A stretch of DNA of 64,000 nucleotides. It comes from Mobula hypostoma (taxonomy: Eukaryota). Shown here piece after piece: positions 59,713 to 64,000 of this stretch. The stretch spans positions 36,644,001 through 36,708,000 of the forward strand of contig NC_086109.1 of the NCBI RefSeq assembly GCF_963921235.1. The letters run 5' to 3'. The first letter of the stretch is position 1; each line of letters starts with the position of its first letter. A program made the position numbers and the translations under genes. The notes under the pieces are model-generated. The model did not search any database. It saw only the letters and a program-made list of their open reading frames with translations, and had not been told where the DNA came from.

Positions 59713-62700
59713 GGATGACATCTTCTGTAATTACTCGTACAGTGGAAATCCATAGTTTCTATGAAGGAAGCCTTTCACAAGGCAGGCTATGCATTGGCAG
59801 TTCATATCACTACCAGTTTTGAATACAATCTAACTGAACTGTAACTAATTCTCATTCCATATACTTTGAATTTATTGAAGAATGAAATATAAGCTAATCT
59901 CTTTTGAATATATAGTTACATTTCCAGAGAGTAAGTTTGGGTTACATTGTTAATTTTCTGGTGTGAACTCTAACAGGTATAAATAACATGGAGCTCACTG
60001 ATATTCAAGTTACATTTAAGTATTCCCTACACTGCCACATATCATCTTGAAATGATGTGGGTTATAAATACCAGAATTGTAGGTAATGACCAAAGTCACA
60101 TTGACTGATGGCTGGCAACTCCAAAGGGAACCTATGGAGAAACTGTCACTTTAATTAAATGGAAATGGTGTGAATGCAGTGAGTGTGTTGGCCTTATTAT
60201 CTGCATGGTTTAAAAAAAATCAGCATGTCAACCTGAGAACGAAAGAAATCTCAAATTCATCTGCAGGCTCACTCGAAAGGTCACTGGATTAATTAGTAAT
60301 CATCTAGGGGGAGAAAGTGAGTATAATCAGAAACAAAATTAAAAGAATTCCCACATATTCCCTCATTATTAAATATGGCTTCAATACATTTTAACTATAA
60401 AATAGGAACAAAGAAGGGATCTCTTGAAATAACTGAATTATCTGAGTTTATGGCTTGATGTTACATGAGTTCACAGAATTTGCAATTGTTGACTTTTTCC
60501 TCACTTAGCAAATTAACATGCTGATTCGCCACCATCCATCCCAATATTCAAAATGTCAATGAGCTGCTAAAAATCACAATATTGCACACACTCTGCAATC
60601 AGAGAGGAAGGTCAAATCTGCTCTTTGTGTTAAACAAGCATTTAGGTTTTAACTTCATACCCTTTGGGTTTAAATTTTGCTCTAAAAATGGGAATTGACA
60701 ATTTGAGACTTGCCAGTCAAATTTAATGAAAATCCAGTTAGACTTGACACTGTACACTGAGCTTTCATAGCTCAAGAACAAATGGACTTATGCAACCCAG
60801 AACAATTCTCATAATTTGAGAAGCATTTCAATCCTGCAGTTCATATTTGAGCAGTAGTATTGTGCACCCTATGCCATACATATTCGTCTCCCTGCACTCT
60901 CTAATTGACTATCAGGAAGCTCAGATGTACCTAAAGAATGCTGATCTGGAGTAAGTTTTCATTACGTTCAATGAGAGTAATTGACAATGGAAATTCCACT
61001 ATTCACTTTTACATATGAAGATCGGGATTGAATTTCAGTACAATAGGCTTGATAACACTGGGAAAATAAAGTTTATTGCTGTGAAATTCAAACATTAAGT
61101 TCAATTAAATAAGAAATATTGTGTAACTCTCCATACAATACTGATCTGCTCTTTTCCCATATTTTTCATATGAAACAAGTCCTGTCCTTAATCCCTCTTA
61201 TTTTTAGTAACTTTTTGGTTTTGCATATTGTACATTGCCTATCTTTCCGAACTGGTGTCGAGATTGGAATATCCCTGTCACTCATCTACTCACTGAGACT
61301 GAGAGCTTCGTCAGAACTAGATGGGTAAGCATGGTATAACAGGTTAGAACCATGTAACATAGATTCTTAAGGTGACATTGAGTCCAAGAAACACATACAT
61401 ATACCACATTAATTCCTCTTCAATAAATGACAATTATACACAGGCAACATTTAAATTCATAAACTTACTATTACCATCAGTATATTCACTATGATATTTA
61501 AGATTTGTAAAAAATAATCTATTAAACATCAACATAGTTCCAAGTATGATCTGTAAGGAGTTTATATGTAATTATCTATCACAACACAATTCCAAGGTCA
61601 ATCAGATTCAATGATTCATAAGAACAATTGTATCATCTTTTGAAGAAGCAAGCAAGCATTTTCATCTTCTAGAGTTAAACCCTAAACCTTTCCTCAACAT
61701 TTGAGAATTTCTGCCCTATTTACTGTTTTCCACTCATTTATTCAAATGTTGAACCTTCCCTTTGTGGGCTCTTGCTATGCACTCATCATCCTTGATTTTT
61801 TTTTTCTACTGCTTTCTCTTGTTGGATTCTGCAATGCTCTTCACTAAGGAAGGACATTCTATAGATCATCTCTATATACGCTGTACTGGCAAATAATGAT
61901 ACATCCATTTTATTCCTTCAGATGGGGAATTGACTCTAACTTTTAACTTCATTGTTGTTTCTTAACATTATAGATTCTCCCTGAAACTTATCAATCTTTA
62001 CTGTACTTAATCAATTCCACAATTATCTTCCTTCAGAATGTATGTCGGCCAAGAATAAGCTGTTTCATATTTTAATGTAATTATAAGCTTTCAATGTTTT
62101 CTTATCACTGAATCTGTTGGGACTTCTGGTTTTATAAAACTGCTGGGTTTCTGTTGTATTGCTACAAGTGTGTCACAGATCCCTTGAAGCAGCCTTTTGT
62201 TAACATTGGCAAATGATTCCAATTCTTGGATTTTGTCATGTTACCACCAAATCCTTTTGTAAAGGATGGATTTCGAGTCATAACTTCCCTTTCTTTCCCT
62301 ATGTTACTATATTTTTTGCCCAAAAGTGGGTTGCCATTAGTTGGGTTATTCGTATTACATTTCAGCCTCAGTCTTCAGGCTTCTACCTTTTTGGTCCTTT
62401 TAACACTTTTGTCTATATCCTCGATTTTCATACCATTTGATTCCTTGATTATTGTGACCATACATATTCATATTTTTCTGCCACAATACTGTGTTACTTT
62501 ATTCTTCTTTTATTGTTTATTGCTCTTTATGGTACTTTGATACTTAGAAACTTTAAATTTCATTATTTTTGAAAGCATCTTCACTTTACAGAATTGTTTT
62601 ACATGTGCCTAAGACGTTTGCACAGCATTGTGTTACACATATAGTATCTCTCATGGCGAGGTCTTGGACCAATTTGGACCTTGGTAGCTCTAATGCATGA

Positions 62701-62842
62701 CATTATTCATCAGCAAAAGAGATCATGTTCAATTACTTTGTGTTCAGTGTAATTATAACTTCACGAAATTCCATCAGCTGACACATTTGGACTTTGTCTT
62801 ATATCCACCTGTTTTCAATACTCAAATCCTCTGATTTTTCAG

Positions 62843-63160
62843 AAACATAGAAAACCTGCAGCACAGTACAGACCCTTTGGCCCACAATGCTGTGCCAAAC
62901 GTGTACTTACTTTAGAAATTGCATAGGTTTACCCATAGCCCTCTATTTTTCTAAGCTCCTTGTACCTATCCAGGAGTTTCTTAAAAGACCCGATTGTATC
63001 CGCCTCCACCACAGTCACCAGCAGCCCATTCCACGCACTCACCACTCTCTGCGTAAGAAACTTACCCCTGACATCCCCTCTGTACCTACTTCCAAGCACC
63101 TTAAAACTATGCCCTCTCGTGATAGCTATTACAGTCCCAGGAAAAAAGCCTCCGACAATC
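62843..63160 (-). mobile_element. CR1 3' end
   Basis: Tail gaaacatagaaa and CR1 3' UTR similar to 59240-59460. Confidence 0.8.
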
Positions 63161-63164
63161 TACA

Positions 63165-64000
63165 TAGATGGTAGTTGAGCAATGCCTCAGCATACAGTCA
63201 TGGGTATAGAGAGAATAGAGCAGTGGGCTAAGCACACACCCCTGAGGTGCACCAGTGTTGATCATCACTGAGGAGGAGATATTATCAACAATCCACACAG
63301 ATTGTGGTCTTCTGGTTAGGAATTCCAATTGCAGAGGGAGGTACAGAGGCCCAGGTTCTGTAACTGCTCAGTCAGGATTGTGGGAATGGTGGTGTTACGT
63401 GCTGAGTTATAGTCGATAAACAGCACCCTGACATAGGTGTTTGTATTGCTCAGGTGGTCTCAGGCCGTGTGAAGAGCCATTGAAATTGCATCTGCCATTG
63501 ACCTATTGTGATGATAAGCAAATTGCAGTGGGTCCAGGTCTTTGCTGAGGCAGGAGTTCAGTCTAGTCATGACCAACTTCTCAAAGAATTTCATCACTGA
63601 AAATGTGAGTGCTAGTGGGTGATAGTCATTAAGGCAGCTCACATTATTCTTCTTAGGCACTGTTATAAAAGTTGCTTTTTTGAAGTTAGTAGGAACTTCC
63701 ACCCATAGCAGTGAGAGGTTGAAAATGTCCTTAAATATGCCCACCAGTTGGTTGGCACAAGTTTTCAGAGCCTTACCAGGTACTCCATTGGGGCCTTCTG
63801 CCCTGTGAGGGTTCACCCTCTTTAAAGACAGTCCATCATTGGCCTTCAACCAATTACATGGTCACTAGGTGCAGATGAGATCTTCACAGATGTAGTTATA
63901 TTGTCCCTTTCAAAGCAGGCATAAAAGGCATTGAGTTCATCTGGTAGTGAAGCATAGCTGCTATTCATGCTATTGGGCTTTGCTTCGTAGGAAGTAATGT
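63165..64000 (-). mobile_element. Rex1/Babar LINE RT fragment, running off the window
   Basis: CLNDYHPLALT..LDPLQFAY..DAI; NTGAPQGCVLSPLLYSLYTHDC. Confidence 0.9.

Noticed and set aside
61119..61330. Possible exon ending at donor-like gggtaagc
   Set aside because: No acceptor or recognisable peptide; a lone donor motif is expected by chance.

Overview
This is eukaryotic, AT-rich, repeat-dominated DNA, read as intergenic or intronic. The repeat inventory (many CR1 LINEs with (TTCTATGT)n-like tails, HE1/V-type SINEs, Rex1/Babar, Penelope, fish-type Gypsy and Tc1 elements) suggests a fish, most likely a shark or ray; that is inference. I found no host protein-coding exon, rRNA, true tRNA or CRISPR array, and the ORFs I could recognise are decayed transposon sequence or its antisense. 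Major components: three recognisable Gypsy LTR retrotransposons (2043-7625 minus; a chromovirus at 22871-27559 minus; a CsRn1-type element at 40916-45193 plus with GCAT TSD and tRNA-Trp PBS), two long CR1 ORF2 pseudogenes (one inside a triple-nested CR1 stack), a full-length but dead Passport-like Tc1, several MITEs, SINEs and Penelope fragments. The most notable structures are: a -1 ribosomal frameshift signal (G GGA AAC plus predicted pseudoknot) at the CsRn1 gag/pol junction; minimal hammerhead ribozyme motifs, one of them a 136-bp insert with its own 9-bp TSD; an RTE-type bipartite element with a 13-bp TSD; and an unclassified 1.9-kb non-coding insert carrying a 31-bp minisatellite with a B-box-like core. 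I do not see evidence of a wholly new multi-gene system. All family names come from motif recognition by eye, not from database searches.
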